60,004 bases of DNA from Thermodesulfobacteriota bacterium (GTDB lineage Bacteria; Desulfobacterota; Desulfuromonadia; Desulfuromonadales; Geopsychrobacteraceae). The stretch's first letter is position 1. The number at the start of each line of letters is the position of its first letter. Made by a program: the position numbers and the translations under genes. The stretch covers positions 5,868 to 65,871 of the forward strand of contig JAYEME010000162.1 of assembly GCA_034717915.1 (NCBI GenBank), read 5' to 3'. Shown in pieces: positions 25,858-35,609 of the stretch. Under the pieces are notes generated by a model. It saw only the letters and a list, made by a program, of their open reading frames with translations. It was not told where the DNA came from and did not search any database.

Positions 25858-28800
25858 ACGGAGCCGTCAAATGGATGGCCATGAACCACGTGGCAGCCAA
25901 CCTGCTGATGCTGGTTCTGGTCATTGGTGGGTTCATTATGGCTCCAAGCATCAAGCAGGAGATTTTTCCTGAAGTTTCTCTTGATCGGGTTTCGGTATCA
26001 GTTGCCTACCCCGGTGCTGGCCCCGAAGAGGTTGAAGAAGGAATTGTCATCAAAGTAGAAGAAAGCCTGACGGCTGTTGATGGGATTAAACAGCTCAAGT
26101 CCACTGCTAATGAAGGCTTCGGGACAGTTATCGCTGAAATCTTTTCTGATGAAGATGTCGACGATGTCCTGCAGGATATCAAAAGTGAAGTTGATCGCAT
26201 CACCACCTTCCCTGAAGATGCTGAAAGACCGGTTATCAGCAAATTGTCCAACCGCCGTGAAGTTATCTCAGTTGTTATCTATGGAGATGCCAGTGAAAAG
26301 ATTCTGCGCGAACAGGCCGAACGTATCCGGGATGAATTGTTGGAGCTGCAGAACATTACCCAGGTTGATCTGAGTGGTGTACGACCTTTCGAAATCACCA
26401 TTGAAATTCCGGAACGCACTCTGCAACGGTACAACCTGACCCTTGATCAGGTCGCGACTGCGATCCGCTTTGCTTCTCTTGACCTGCCTGGCGGAACAAT
26501 TAAAACCTCTGGTGGCGAAATTCTGCTAAGAACCAAAGAACGCCGTTACTGGGGTCCTGAATATGCTGATATCACCATTCTGGCCAACCCGGATGGAACC
26601 CAGGTTAAATTGGGAGACATTGCCACTGTCATTGACGGATTTGCCGATACTGAAACCTATGGTCGGTTTGATGGTAAACCCGCAGCAATGGTTCAAGTTT
26701 TTCGTATTGGTGAACAAAAACCGACAGAAATCTCTGCCAGCATTATCAATTATGTTGAAGAAAACCGCTCCAAACTTCCCGGCAGCCTGCAACTGGCAAT
26801 CTGGAACGACACCAGTGAAATTTTCAACAGCCGCATGAGTTTGTTACAAAAAAACGCCATGATAGGTTTGGGACTGGTCGTTATTATCCTCGGCTTGTTT
26901 CTGGAAATACGCTTGGCGGGCTGGGTCATGCTTGGCATTCCAATTTCGTTTTTCGGCACCCTGTTCCTGATGCCCTGGCTCGGGGTCTCAATCAATATGA
27001 TCTCGCTGTTTGCTTTTATCCTGGCATTGGGGATTGTGGTCGACGATGCCATTGTCGTTGGTGAAAATATTTACGAACACCGGCAGCGCGGAAAACCTTA
27101 CGCGAAAGCCGCCATCGACGGGGTTCTCGAAGTGGCGGTACCAGTTACATTTTCAATTTTGACCACCGTTGCTGCTTTCCTGCCATTGATTTTCGTCACC
27201 GGTATGATGGGGAAGTTCATCAAGGTACTCCCGGTTATCGTCATCACCCTGTTACTGATGTCCCTGATCGAATCGTTACTGGTTCTTCCGGCTCATTTGA
27301 GCGCTGGTAAAGCTCAACCGATAAATGGCGGTTTGCTGGGACGAATTGACGGGGTACGGCGCTATTTCGGTGACGGGCTGCAACGCTTCATTAACGGCCC
27401 ATATCTGTGGCTATTAAAGCTGAACATCAATTACCGCTATCTATCTCTGGCGGTGGGAATCGTGGCTTTGCTCCTGACCGTTGGAGTGGTTAAAAACGGT
27501 CTGATCAAGTTCACCTTCATGCCCGATGTTGATGGTGACCGAATCACCGTTGCCCTCCAGATGAACCGCGGAGTGCCAATTGAAGAGACCAGCCGGGTCA
27601 GCGATCTAATCCTGCAAAAAGGGATGGAAACAGTCGCTGATTATAATGAGAAACGCCCGGTTGGGAACAGTATCCTGCGCAATGTTTATACTGTGGTCGG
27701 TGGTAATATTTCCGGTGGTGGGCCGGGCGGTGGTTCCAACGTTACTGCAACCCATATGAGTAACATCGCAATGTTTTTGACCAAGAGTGAAGTCCGCAAT
27801 ATCCCGGCAACAGAAATATCGGCAGCCTGGCGTAAAAAAGTGGGTGAAATCCCAGGGATTGATTCCCTGACCTTCCGCTCAAACCTGGTTCGGATGGGAG
27901 CCAACATCGATGTATTGCTCGCTCATCAGGATTTTGCCGTTCTGGAACAGTCCTCACTGCGTATTCGCGAGGCTCTGGCAGAATATCAGGGAGTCAGTGA
28001 TATTGAGGATACCTATGGTCGCGGCAAGCGGGAAATCAAGCTGAAACTGAAACCTGCAGCACGAACATTGGGAATCACCGAAACGGATCTGGGACGTCAG
28101 GTGCGTGCAGCCTTTCACGGGGCAGAAGCATTGAGATTGCAACGTGGTCGCAACGAAATCAAGGTGATGGTGCGCTATCCCGATGCTAATCGGCGTGAAC
28201 TGTGGAATTTTGAAACAATGCGAATCCGCACCCCCGCAGGTCAGGAAATCCCGTTACTCCAAGCAGCGGAAATCATTGAAGGACAGGGGTTTTCAGAGAT
28301 CAATCGGACTGACAGAAAACGGGTCATCAATGTCTCTGCAACGGTGAATAACGAACAAGGAAATGCACAAGAGATTATTTCCGACTTAAAGCATAACCTG
28401 TTACCACAATTAGTTGCAGATTATCCCGGACTGGGTTGGGATATGGAGGGTGAAGAGAAAGAACGGAAGGAATCACTGGGAAGTATGCTCGGTGGTTTCA
28501 AGCTGGCTCTGATCGCTATCTTCACCCTGTTGGCAATTCCATTCCGCAGCTACACCCAGCCGCTGTTGATCATGGCAGCGATCCCTTTCGGGATGATCGG
28601 TGCAGTCCTGGGTCACATCATCATGGGCTTCAACCTGAGCCTGTTGAGCATGTTCGGCCTGGTCGCTTTATCCGGAGTGGTCATCAATGATTCCCTGTTA
28701 TTGATCGACAAAGCCAACCGCAACCGACGTGAAGGGATGACTCTATACGATTCGATTATTTCCGCAGGAACCCGACGCTTTCGACCCATCATCCTGACTT

Positions 28801-29027
28801 CACTGACCACCTTCTTCGGTCTGACACCGATGATTCTTGAGACCAGTGTTCAAGCTCAATTTCTAGTACCAATGGCGATTTCACTTGGCTTTGGGATTCT
28901 CTTTGGTACCGGGATTATTTTGCTGCTGATCCCAGCGCTCTATATGATTTTGGAAGATATCCGGCGGATTCTGGGTTTTAAGGAAGAGCATGCCAGACAG
29001 CACCCTGAGATAGCGGATCAGAAATGA
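25854..29027 (+). CDS. RND efflux permease (AcrB/AcrD/AcrF family)
   Basis: 1057 aa; [27 protein letters not shown]. Confidence 0.95.
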   Translation: MNGAVKWMAMNHVAANLLMLVLVIGGFIMAPSIKQEIFPEVSLDRVSVSVAYPGAGPEEVEEGIVIKVEESLTAVDGIKQLKSTANEGFGTVIAEIFSDEDVDDVLQDIKSEVDRITTFPEDAERPVISKLSNRREVISVVIYGDASEKILREQAERIRDELLELQNITQVDLSGVRPFEITIEIPERTLQRYNLTLDQVATAIRFASLDLPGGTIKTSGGEILLRTKERRYWGPEYADITILANPDGTQVKLGDIATVIDGFADTETYGRFDGKPAAMVQVFRIGEQKPTEISASIINYVEENRSKLPGSLQLAIWNDTSEIFNSRMSLLQKNAMIGLGLVVIILGLFLEIRLAGWVMLGIPISFFGTLFLMPWLGVSINMISLFAFILALGIVVDDAIVVGENIYEHRQRGKPYAKAAIDGVLEVAVPVTFSILTTVAAFLPLIFVTGMMGKFIKVLPVIVITLLLMSLIESLLVLPAHLSAGKAQPINGGLLGRIDGVRRYFGDGLQRFINGPYLWLLKLNINYRYLSLAVGIVALLLTVGVVKNGLIKFTFMPDVDGDRITVALQMNRGVPIEETSRVSDLILQKGMETVADYNEKRPVGNSILRNVYTVVGGNISGGGPGGGSNVTATHMSNIAMFLTKSEVRNIPATEISAAWRKKVGEIPGIDSLTFRSNLVRMGANIDVLLAHQDFAVLEQSSLRIREALAEYQGVSDIEDTYGRGKREIKLKLKPAARTLGITETDLGRQVRAAFHGAEALRLQRGRNEIKVMVRYPDANRRELWNFETMRIRTPAGQEIPLLQAAEIIEGQGFSEINRTDRKRVINVSATVNNEQGNAQEIISDLKHNLLPQLVADYPGLGWDMEGEEKERKESLGSMLGGFKLALIAIFTLLAIPFRSYTQPLLIMAAIPFGMIGAVLGHIIMGFNLSLLSMFGLVALSGVVINDSLLLIDKANRNRREGMTLYDSIISAGTRRFRPIILTSLTTFFGLTPMILETSVQAQFLVPMAISLGFGILFGTGIILLLIPALYMILEDIRRILGFKEEHARQHPEIADQK

Positions 29028-29347
29028 AAAAATGTCCTTTTTGTGCTGAAGATATTCAGGATGAAGCTATAAAATGTAAACACTGTGGAGAGTTCCTTAC
29101 TGCGGAACCACAACACCTTGCAGGAGAAAAAACTCCATGGTATTTCAGAAAATCGACAATCGCCGTAGCACTTGCCAGTGTCGGGCCACTGGCATTACCT
29201 CTGATCTGGTGGCGGCCACAAACATCTCTGGCATGGAAGATTGGGCTCACCATCGGAGTTTTTGTTCTCAGTTGGATCTTATATCAGACCACAATGCAAT
29301 CTATCCAAACTCTCCAGGAGTATTACCAACTCCTCAATGAACTCTAA
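29024..29347 (+). CDS. Zinc-ribbon membrane protein
   Basis: [22 protein letters not shown] plus two TM helices; ATGA overlap with the permease. Confidence 0.82.
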   Translation: MKKCPFCAEDIQDEAIKCKHCGEFLTAEPQHLAGEKTPWYFRKSTIAVALASVGPLALPLIWWRPQTSLAWKIGLTIGVFVLSWILYQTTMQSIQTLQEYYQLLNEL

Positions 29348-29539
29348 GCTAATAAAATTCGGATAAAATCAAGAAATAAACCAATAGCCGGCGATAAATG
29401 GCAAAAAGATGATTGTTGATTTACGCGGAATACGTTAAAAAGAACGGCACTGTCTTCCAGTATTCCTTGAGTTTCAAAAGTGAACTGTGAACAAACGTTA
29501 CTCGTACAATCTGCCTCTCAACATTTTTAGGATTTCAAT

Positions 29540-30493
29540 ATGAACGTGATCGACATCATCAACAACAGTGACAAAACTGTTTTTTCCTTTGAACTACTTC
29601 CCCCACTCAAAGGGAGTGACGCCGGCAAGATTTATCGTACTATCGAAAGTCTGGTCGATTTTGATCCTAAATATATCAACATCACCACCCATCGTGATGA
29701 GATGGTCTTTATCGAGCTGCCAGACGGAACTATCGAAAAGAGAACCGTGCGTAAACGCCCGGGAACTGTCGCTATTGCAGCAGCCATTCAGCACAAATAC
29801 GATATTCCGGTAGTGCCACATATTCTGTGTGGCGGTTTTTCAAAAAGTGAGACCGAACATGTCCTGATCGACCTCAATTTTATGGGGGTCAACAATATAC
29901 TGGCGTTGCGGGGCGATGGTTTAAAAACAGATCACATTTTTCGCCCAAACTCTGATGGACATGCCAATGCTACCGGATTGGTTGAACAGGTCGTCAATTT
30001 ACGCAGTGGCAAATATCTGGAAGCTGATCTGAAAAATAGTGCCCCCATGAACTTTTGTATTGGTGTCGCCGGATATCCAGAGAAACATTTTGAGGCACCA
30101 AATTTTGAAACCGATCTGGATTATTTGAAACAGAAAATAGATACAGGAGCCGACTATATTGTGACGCAGATGTTTTTTGACAATCGGGTCTATTACGATT
30201 TTGTCGATAAATGTCGCGCTGCAGGGATCAATGTGCCTATTATTCCCGGCATTAAACCAATCAACCTCAAAAATCAGCTGACGGTACTCCCCAAACTCTT
30301 CAGTATCAATCTGCCACAGGAGCTGGCAACAGAACTGGCAAAATGCAAAGATAACGACGCTGTAAAAGTGGTCGGAACAGAATGGGCCATCCACCAGTCA
30401 AAAGATCTGGTGACACATAATGTCCCCAGCCTGCACATCTACACCTACGGCGTTTCCGACAATACCCGAAAAATCGTTAAGTCCGTTTTTTAA
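29540..30493 (+). CDS. metF: 5,10-methylenetetrahydrofolate reductase
   Basis: FSFELLPP, LALRGD, VAGYPEKH, GADYIVTQMFFD. Confidence 0.95.
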   Translation: MNVIDIINNSDKTVFSFELLPPLKGSDAGKIYRTIESLVDFDPKYINITTHRDEMVFIELPDGTIEKRTVRKRPGTVAIAAAIQHKYDIPVVPHILCGGFSKSETEHVLIDLNFMGVNNILALRGDGLKTDHIFRPNSDGHANATGLVEQVVNLRSGKYLEADLKNSAPMNFCIGVAGYPEKHFEAPNFETDLDYLKQKIDTGADYIVTQMFFDNRVYYDFVDKCRAAGINVPIIPGIKPINLKNQLTVLPKLFSINLPQELATELAKCKDNDAVKVVGTEWAIHQSKDLVTHNVPSLHIYTYGVSDNTRKIVKSVF

Positions 30494-30501
30494 GAGTCAA
30501 C

Positions 30502-31395
30502 ATGCTGAACCAACAAGCCCTTTGGGGTTATCTTTTCGCCATCGGTGCAACAGCTATCTGGTCCGGTAATTTCATCATTGCCCGAGGCTTAAGTGAAAGC
30601 ATCTCACCCATCAGCCTAGCTTTCTGGAGATGGGTTGTCGCTGTCGTTGTGTTTTTACCCTTTGCAATAAAACCACTGATTGCCGAATGGGAGATTCTAA
30701 AAAGGAACCTTCCCTACCTGTCCATAACTGCCTTGCTCGGCGTTACAACATTCAATACCCTCATCTATCTTGCTGGACAGACAACAACCGCCATCAATCT
30801 TTCGCTGATATCCATTACCTTTCCCATTTTCATTATCATTCTATCCCGTTTTTTTTATGGTGAAGCGATCACGGTCAACAAGGGGATTGGCATTTTACTG
30901 GTTGCGGCAGGCGTGATTTTACTTATCACAGAAGGAGCCCCTTCAATCCTTCTCAACTTAACTTTCGCAATCGGTGATGTCTGGATGCTTATGGCTGCCA
31001 TAATTTTTGCCATTTACAGTTTGCTACTAAAACGTCGTCCTGAAAAGCTGAGTATCTGGACCCTTCAATTAAGTACATTCATTTTGGGGCTCATTTTCCT
31101 GCTTCCATTCTATATCTGGGATTCTGCAACCGTCTCCCCTCTTGAATTTGACACGAAAACAGTTTTTGCAATTTTTTACGTCGGTATTTTCGCTTCTCTT
31201 TCGGCTTTCGTTCTATGGAACAAGGCAATCGTTGCAGTTGGTCCTACAAAGGCGGGAATGGTTTACTATACCTTGCCCCTTTTTAGCGGAACCTTGGCAT
31301 ACCTGTTTTTGAAAGAAGATATTGGCATGCTCCATTTTTACTGCGCATTGCTGATTATTTCAGGTATTCTTACTGCTAATTATGAGTCAAATTGA
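30502..31395 (+). CDS. EamA/DMT-family transporter
   Basis: IWSGNF, P.SLAFWRW, about ten TM helices. Confidence 0.9.
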   Translation: MLNQQALWGYLFAIGATAIWSGNFIIARGLSESISPISLAFWRWVVAVVVFLPFAIKPLIAEWEILKRNLPYLSITALLGVTTFNTLIYLAGQTTTAINLSLISITFPIFIIILSRFFYGEAITVNKGIGILLVAAGVILLITEGAPSILLNLTFAIGDVWMLMAAIIFAIYSLLLKRRPEKLSIWTLQLSTFILGLIFLLPFYIWDSATVSPLEFDTKTVFAIFYVGIFASLSAFVLWNKAIVAVGPTKAGMVYYTLPLFSGTLAYLFLKEDIGMLHFYCALLIISGILTANYESN

Positions 31396-31443
31396 GAAAC
31401 AGTTCGGAAATCGGTTAACCTTTAGGTAATAAAGGAACTTAAT

Positions 31444-32085
31444 ATGGAATCTTCTTCTTATTGGTTACTATTTTTCTCGGCAGCGATTGCAATTAACATT
31501 TCTCCTGGCCCTGACTTAATCTACATTCTCTCCAAGACAATAGCGCAAGGTCGAAAGATTGGGATCGCTTCGTCTCTCGGTGTTTGCAGTGGAGCTCTAG
31601 TTCACGTCTTTGCTGCAGCCCTTGGCCTGTCCGCCATCCTCGCTACTTCAGCTATTGCATTCAGTGCGGTGAAGTATGTCGGAGCAGCATATTTAATTTA
31701 TCTGGGGATACAAGCTTTGCGGTCTAAAGGTTCTACCTTCGATATACCAGTAGAAAATGGGGCAACAATAACGGCGTGGAAAGCATTTAGACAAGGGGCT
31801 CTGGTCGATATTCTCAACCCCAAAGTGGCGATTTTCTTTATGGCCTTTCTACCTCAATTTATTCGTCCTGAGTTAGGACACAATTCTATTCAAATCATCA
31901 TACTGGGAACTCTGGTTATTCTGGTTGCGGTTGTTGTTGAATCTTTCATTGTTCTGACCGCAGCTCAAACCACGAATTTTTTTCGCAAAAATCGTCATTT
32001 TTCTGTCTGGCTTGACTGTATATTAGGATCGGTGCTGATTGGGTTAGGTCTGCGCCTGGCTTTTACAGAGAATCACACTAACTGA
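31444..32085 (+). CDS. LysE/RhtB-family translocator
   Basis: SPGPD, KYVGAAYLIYLG, LNPKVAIFF.AFLPQF. Confidence 0.93.
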   Translation: MESSSYWLLFFSAAIAINISPGPDLIYILSKTIAQGRKIGIASSLGVCSGALVHVFAAALGLSAILATSAIAFSAVKYVGAAYLIYLGIQALRSKGSTFDIPVENGATITAWKAFRQGALVDILNPKVAIFFMAFLPQFIRPELGHNSIQIIILGTLVILVAVVVESFIVLTAAQTTNFFRKNRHFSVWLDCILGSVLIGLGLRLAFTENHTN

Positions 32086-32087
32086 AA

Positions 32088-32999
32088 ATGAAAGATGGAA
32101 CAATTAAAGCCGATATCCTGCTGTTACTGACTGCAACAATCTGGGGATTTGCCTTTGTTGCCCAACGGGTCGGGATGGATTATGTCGGTCCATTCACTTT
32201 CAATGCCGTCCGTTTTGCCCTTGGCAGCCTCTCATTGCTACCGTTGATTCTGTTCCTGCAAAAACGGCAACCAAATACCAAGCAACAACACTTCTCTGCC
32301 GATACGAATAAATCGGTTCTGTTTGGTGGTATTCTGGCTGGCGGTGCCCTGTTTGCCGGAGCATCACTGCAACAAGCAGGACTGGTTTACACAACTGCCG
32401 GCAAAGCGGGTTTTATCACCGGACTTTACGTGGTGATCGTACCCCTGCTCGGACTATTCTGGCGGCAACGACCACGTATCGGCACTTGGCTGGGTGCCAT
32501 ACTTGCGGCTATCGGTCTCTATTTTCTCAGCGTCAATGAAGAATTCACAATCTCTCCTGGTGATCTACTGGTACTGATAGGTGCCTTTTTCTGGGCCGGA
32601 CATGTGCTGTTGATCGGCTGGCTGGCACCACGAACCGACTCATTGAAACTGGCAGCGGCTCAATTTGCTGTCTGTTCCTTGCTCAGCTTTCTGACCGCCC
32701 TGGCCATAGAAACGATGACCTTTGCTTCGATCTGGCAAGCCGCAGTGCCGATTCTCTACGGCGGGATCGGCTCAGTTGGCATCGCCTACACCCTGCAGGT
32801 TATCGCTCAACGTGATGCTCATCCCGCCCACTCAGCGATCATTCTGAGCCTTGAAGGTCTCTTTGCCGCGATTGGCGGTTGGTTACTGTTAGGTGAAGTC
32901 CTTTCCCTTCGTGGTCTTTTCGGCTGTGCTATGATGCTTGCAGGGATGCTCTTTTCTGAACTGTCGGGTTTTTTCGGCAAACAGAAACCGGAAAATTAA
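32088..32999 (+). CDS. EamA/DMT-family transporter
   Basis: IWGFAFVAQ, GPFTFNAVRF, TTAGKAGFITGLY. Confidence 0.92.
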   Translation: MKDGTIKADILLLLTATIWGFAFVAQRVGMDYVGPFTFNAVRFALGSLSLLPLILFLQKRQPNTKQQHFSADTNKSVLFGGILAGGALFAGASLQQAGLVYTTAGKAGFITGLYVVIVPLLGLFWRQRPRIGTWLGAILAAIGLYFLSVNEEFTISPGDLLVLIGAFFWAGHVLLIGWLAPRTDSLKLAAAQFAVCSLLSFLTALAIETMTFASIWQAAVPILYGGIGSVGIAYTLQVIAQRDAHPAHSAIILSLEGLFAAIGGWLLLGEVLSLRGLFGCAMMLAGMLFSELSGFFGKQKPEN

Positions 33000-33051
33000 A
33001 AATCCAAGTAAAAATTGACCCGCGACGGGAGACTCAATAATAATTGTCAGC

Positions 33052-33795
33052 TTAGGCTGATTTAGTTTCCAGCAGGGTCTTTATTTTTGTCAGATAGTTG
33101 CGGGTTTCTTCAGGCATACTCTCCAATCCATGACGGTCAACATTCCCCTGCCCCCAATTGTAAGCAGCCAGAGCATGGTCGAGATCACCATCATATTTTA
33201 CCAGCAACTGTTTCAGATAGCGGCTGCCGCCAAGTAAATTCTGTAACGGATCAAAGCTGTCCTGCACTCCAAGTTCCTGGGCTGTTTCTGGCATCAATTG
33301 CATTAAACCCTGGGCACCTGCATGCGATACGGCTGTCGGGTTATAGTCACTCTCGGTGGCAACAACTGAGTGAATCAACTCTGGAGCCAAACTAGTTTTT
33401 TCTGCGACATGATCAATCATTTGTCCAATCTGTTTGGGCTCCTGCTCTATCGGTTGCTGCTGAGAAATGGGTTTGGCAGAATAGTATTTGTCAATGATTT
33501 GACTTTTCTGAAAGGTTAACTGATTCAATCTATGATTGTTCAGAATCCCCGTAAAAAATTCATTAGAGTCTTTTTCTTCCTCCTCAGAAAACAATCCCTG
33601 CAGCAACTGAATGTGTTCCATTTTCATCATCGCAATGATGTTCTTTTGAGTATTTTCATTACTTTTCAAAGAGTTAACACTGTCATCCAAAATATGTTCA
33701 AATAGCTGACTGCTTTGTTTTTGTTTATCAATAGCTATTTTCTGCGCTGGAGAGACTTCAAATGCTGTCATTAATTTGGTTGGATCAATACTCAT
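33052..33795 (-). CDS. Lytic transglycosylase (SLT domain) protein
   Basis: TES.YNP.AVS.AGAQGLMQLMP.TA, ALAAYNWG, ETRNY; ATG at 33795 after GAGGTG. Confidence 0.9.
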   Translation of the reverse strand: MSIDPTKLMTAFEVSPAQKIAIDKQKQSSQLFEHILDDSVNSLKSNENTQKNIIAMMKMEHIQLLQGLFSEEEEKDSNEFFTGILNNHRLNQLTFQKSQIIDKYYSAKPISQQQPIEQEPKQIGQMIDHVAEKTSLAPELIHSVVATESDYNPTAVSHAGAQGLMQLMPETAQELGVQDSFDPLQNLLGGSRYLKQLLVKYDGDLDHALAAYNWGQGNVDRHGLESMPEETRNYLTKIKTLLETKSA

Positions 33796-33850
33796 CTGCA
33801 CCTCTTTTTAAAATAAAACTATGGCAAATAAACATCCCTGACTAACTCTA

Positions 33851-33866
33851 AGCAAGAAATGCACCG
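33851..33866 (-). promoter_or_regulatory. Possible sigma54 (-24/-12) promoter for the SLT gene
   Basis: Minus strand CGGTGCATTTCTTGCT = GG-N10-GC with TTGCT. Confidence 0.4.
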
Positions 33867-33977
33867 AGTGAAGAAACCATCATCATAAATCGGGTAGTTA
33901 GAGGTGCGCCTGACTTGTTTTTTCAACCGATTTCTTTTACAAAGGAATTTTTGTGGAGGAGCTTCAGAGTGACAATA

Positions 33978-34730
33978 ATGGAAAAAATATTTAATCGCAT
34001 CAAACGTCAGGTTGGCAAAGCGATTGGTGATTTTAATCTGATTGAAGAGGGGGATCGAATTGCGGTCGGTATTTCTGGCGGCAAGGATTCCTATACCTTA
34101 CTGAATATTCTGGAGGCATTGCGGAAAAAAGCACCAATCAGATTTGAACTGATTGCACTCAATATAGATTCCGGTTTTCCAAACTATCAAAAAGAACTGA
34201 TTGAGGAATATCTCCAACAGCAGCACTTTAACTACGTAATGGCAGAAACGAACAGTTACCAAATTATTGAAGATAAACTGCGACCCGGAACATCCTATTG
34301 TGCTTTTTGTGCACGCTTAAGGCGTGGAGCACTTTACACCCAGGCAGAAAAACTGGATTGCAATAAAATAGCTCTGGGACATCATCTGGATGACTTTATC
34401 GAAACCCTCTTTCTCAACCAGTTTTACGCTGGAACCCTGGCAGCAATGAGTGCCAACCTCCAGGCGGATAACGGCAAACAGACGGTCATCCGTCCGTTGG
34501 TCTACGTTGAGGAAGCAGATATTCAGGAATATAGTCACTTGCAGAAATTCCCAATTGTCAACTGCTCCTGTCCGGCGATTAGAGTTGAAGATCAAAAGCG
34601 GCAGAAGATGAAACAATTAGTTAAAACACTTGCCGTAAATATACCGGAGATACGCAACAGTATGATCAGCGCAATTGGAAACGTGCAGCCACACCACCTT
34701 CTGGATCAGAATTTGACTAAAAAGAATTAA
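33978..34730 (+). CDS. ttcA: tRNA 2-thiocytidine(32) synthetase
   Basis: ISGGKDS, CAFCARLRRG, GHHLDD, VIRPL; start uncertain (33969 GTG or 33978 ATG). Confidence 0.92.
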   Translation: MEKIFNRIKRQVGKAIGDFNLIEEGDRIAVGISGGKDSYTLLNILEALRKKAPIRFELIALNIDSGFPNYQKELIEEYLQQQHFNYVMAETNSYQIIEDKLRPGTSYCAFCARLRRGALYTQAEKLDCNKIALGHHLDDFIETLFLNQFYAGTLAAMSANLQADNGKQTVIRPLVYVEEADIQEYSHLQKFPIVNCSCPAIRVEDQKRQKMKQLVKTLAVNIPEIRNSMISAIGNVQPHHLLDQNLTKKN

Positions 34731-34804
34731 GAAAACTCCCCCCTTGACCAGTTTTAGCCAGAAAAGTAGAATGCTTTTTGTCCTAAAAACTGAAAGGTGA
34801 AAAA

Positions 34805-35587
34805 TTGAAAAGATATCCATTTTTATCTATGGCGTTAATCGTCTGCTTCTTCGCACTTTTGATTATACCAGCCACCTGCTTCCGCCCTGAAGCAAATAGA
34901 CCAGAGGCAAGCACCCCGAAAGTCAGCATTGTTAAAACGCCTGTTTCAGAAACAAATGCTTCTGAAACAAGCGTATCGAAAGTCAGCATTCCTGAAATAA
35001 GTGTACAAGAAAAAAAAGCCCAGTTTAAAGCTACTATCATCCCTGCTATAAATGAAGTCTATAGCGACCTGATGCAACAATATCAAGAGGTGTCGGAATC
35101 AGTTCAGGCAGGTGATGATATTGATAAATTTGCGGCACTGAAGAAAAGATACAAGGCTGCAAACAACGATGAATTACTCATGGCTCTTAAACCACATCCT
35201 CAGAGTATCGCCATAGCTCAAGCGGCAATGGAAAGTTCCTGGGCAACATCCCGATTTTTTAAAGAAGCAAATAATGTATTTGGTGTCTGGTCATACAATA
35301 AAAATGAGGCACGGATAGCAGCGGGCACAAAACGGGGAGAGCAAACGATCTGGGTGAAAAAATACAGTTCAGTTGAGGCTTCTGTTCGCGATTATTATCG
35401 AACCTTAGCCCGGGGAGACGCCTATAAAGAGTTCAGGGCTCTGAAAATGGAGACAAATGACCCTTATGAACTGGTCAAAAAGCTAGAATTTTATTCAGAG
35501 AGGAGAGAGGAGTACACTAATGAGCTCTCTACCATCATTCGCTATAATGAATTCGATACTTACGATGAGCAAAAAACAATTTTATAA
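34805..35587 (+). CDS. Glucosaminidase-domain (Bax-like) peptidoglycan hydrolase
   Basis: N-terminal TM/signal; AQAAMESSWATSRF..ANNVFG, YSER; Ser/Thr-rich repeated linker. Confidence 0.85.
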   Translation: MKRYPFLSMALIVCFFALLIIPATCFRPEANRPEASTPKVSIVKTPVSETNASETSVSKVSIPEISVQEKKAQFKATIIPAINEVYSDLMQQYQEVSESVQAGDDIDKFAALKKRYKAANNDELLMALKPHPQSIAIAQAAMESSWATSRFFKEANNVFGVWSYNKNEARIAAGTKRGEQTIWVKKYSSVEASVRDYYRTLARGDAYKEFRALKMETNDPYELVKKLEFYSERREEYTNELSTIIRYNEFDTYDEQKTIL

Positions 35588-35609
35588 AAATTAACCCTGG
35601 ATCACAGTA

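Noticed and set aside
29350-29539. SAM riboswitch or SahR box upstream of metF
   Set aside because: No convincing SAM-I/II core or palindrome by eye; needs an Rfam/Infernal scan
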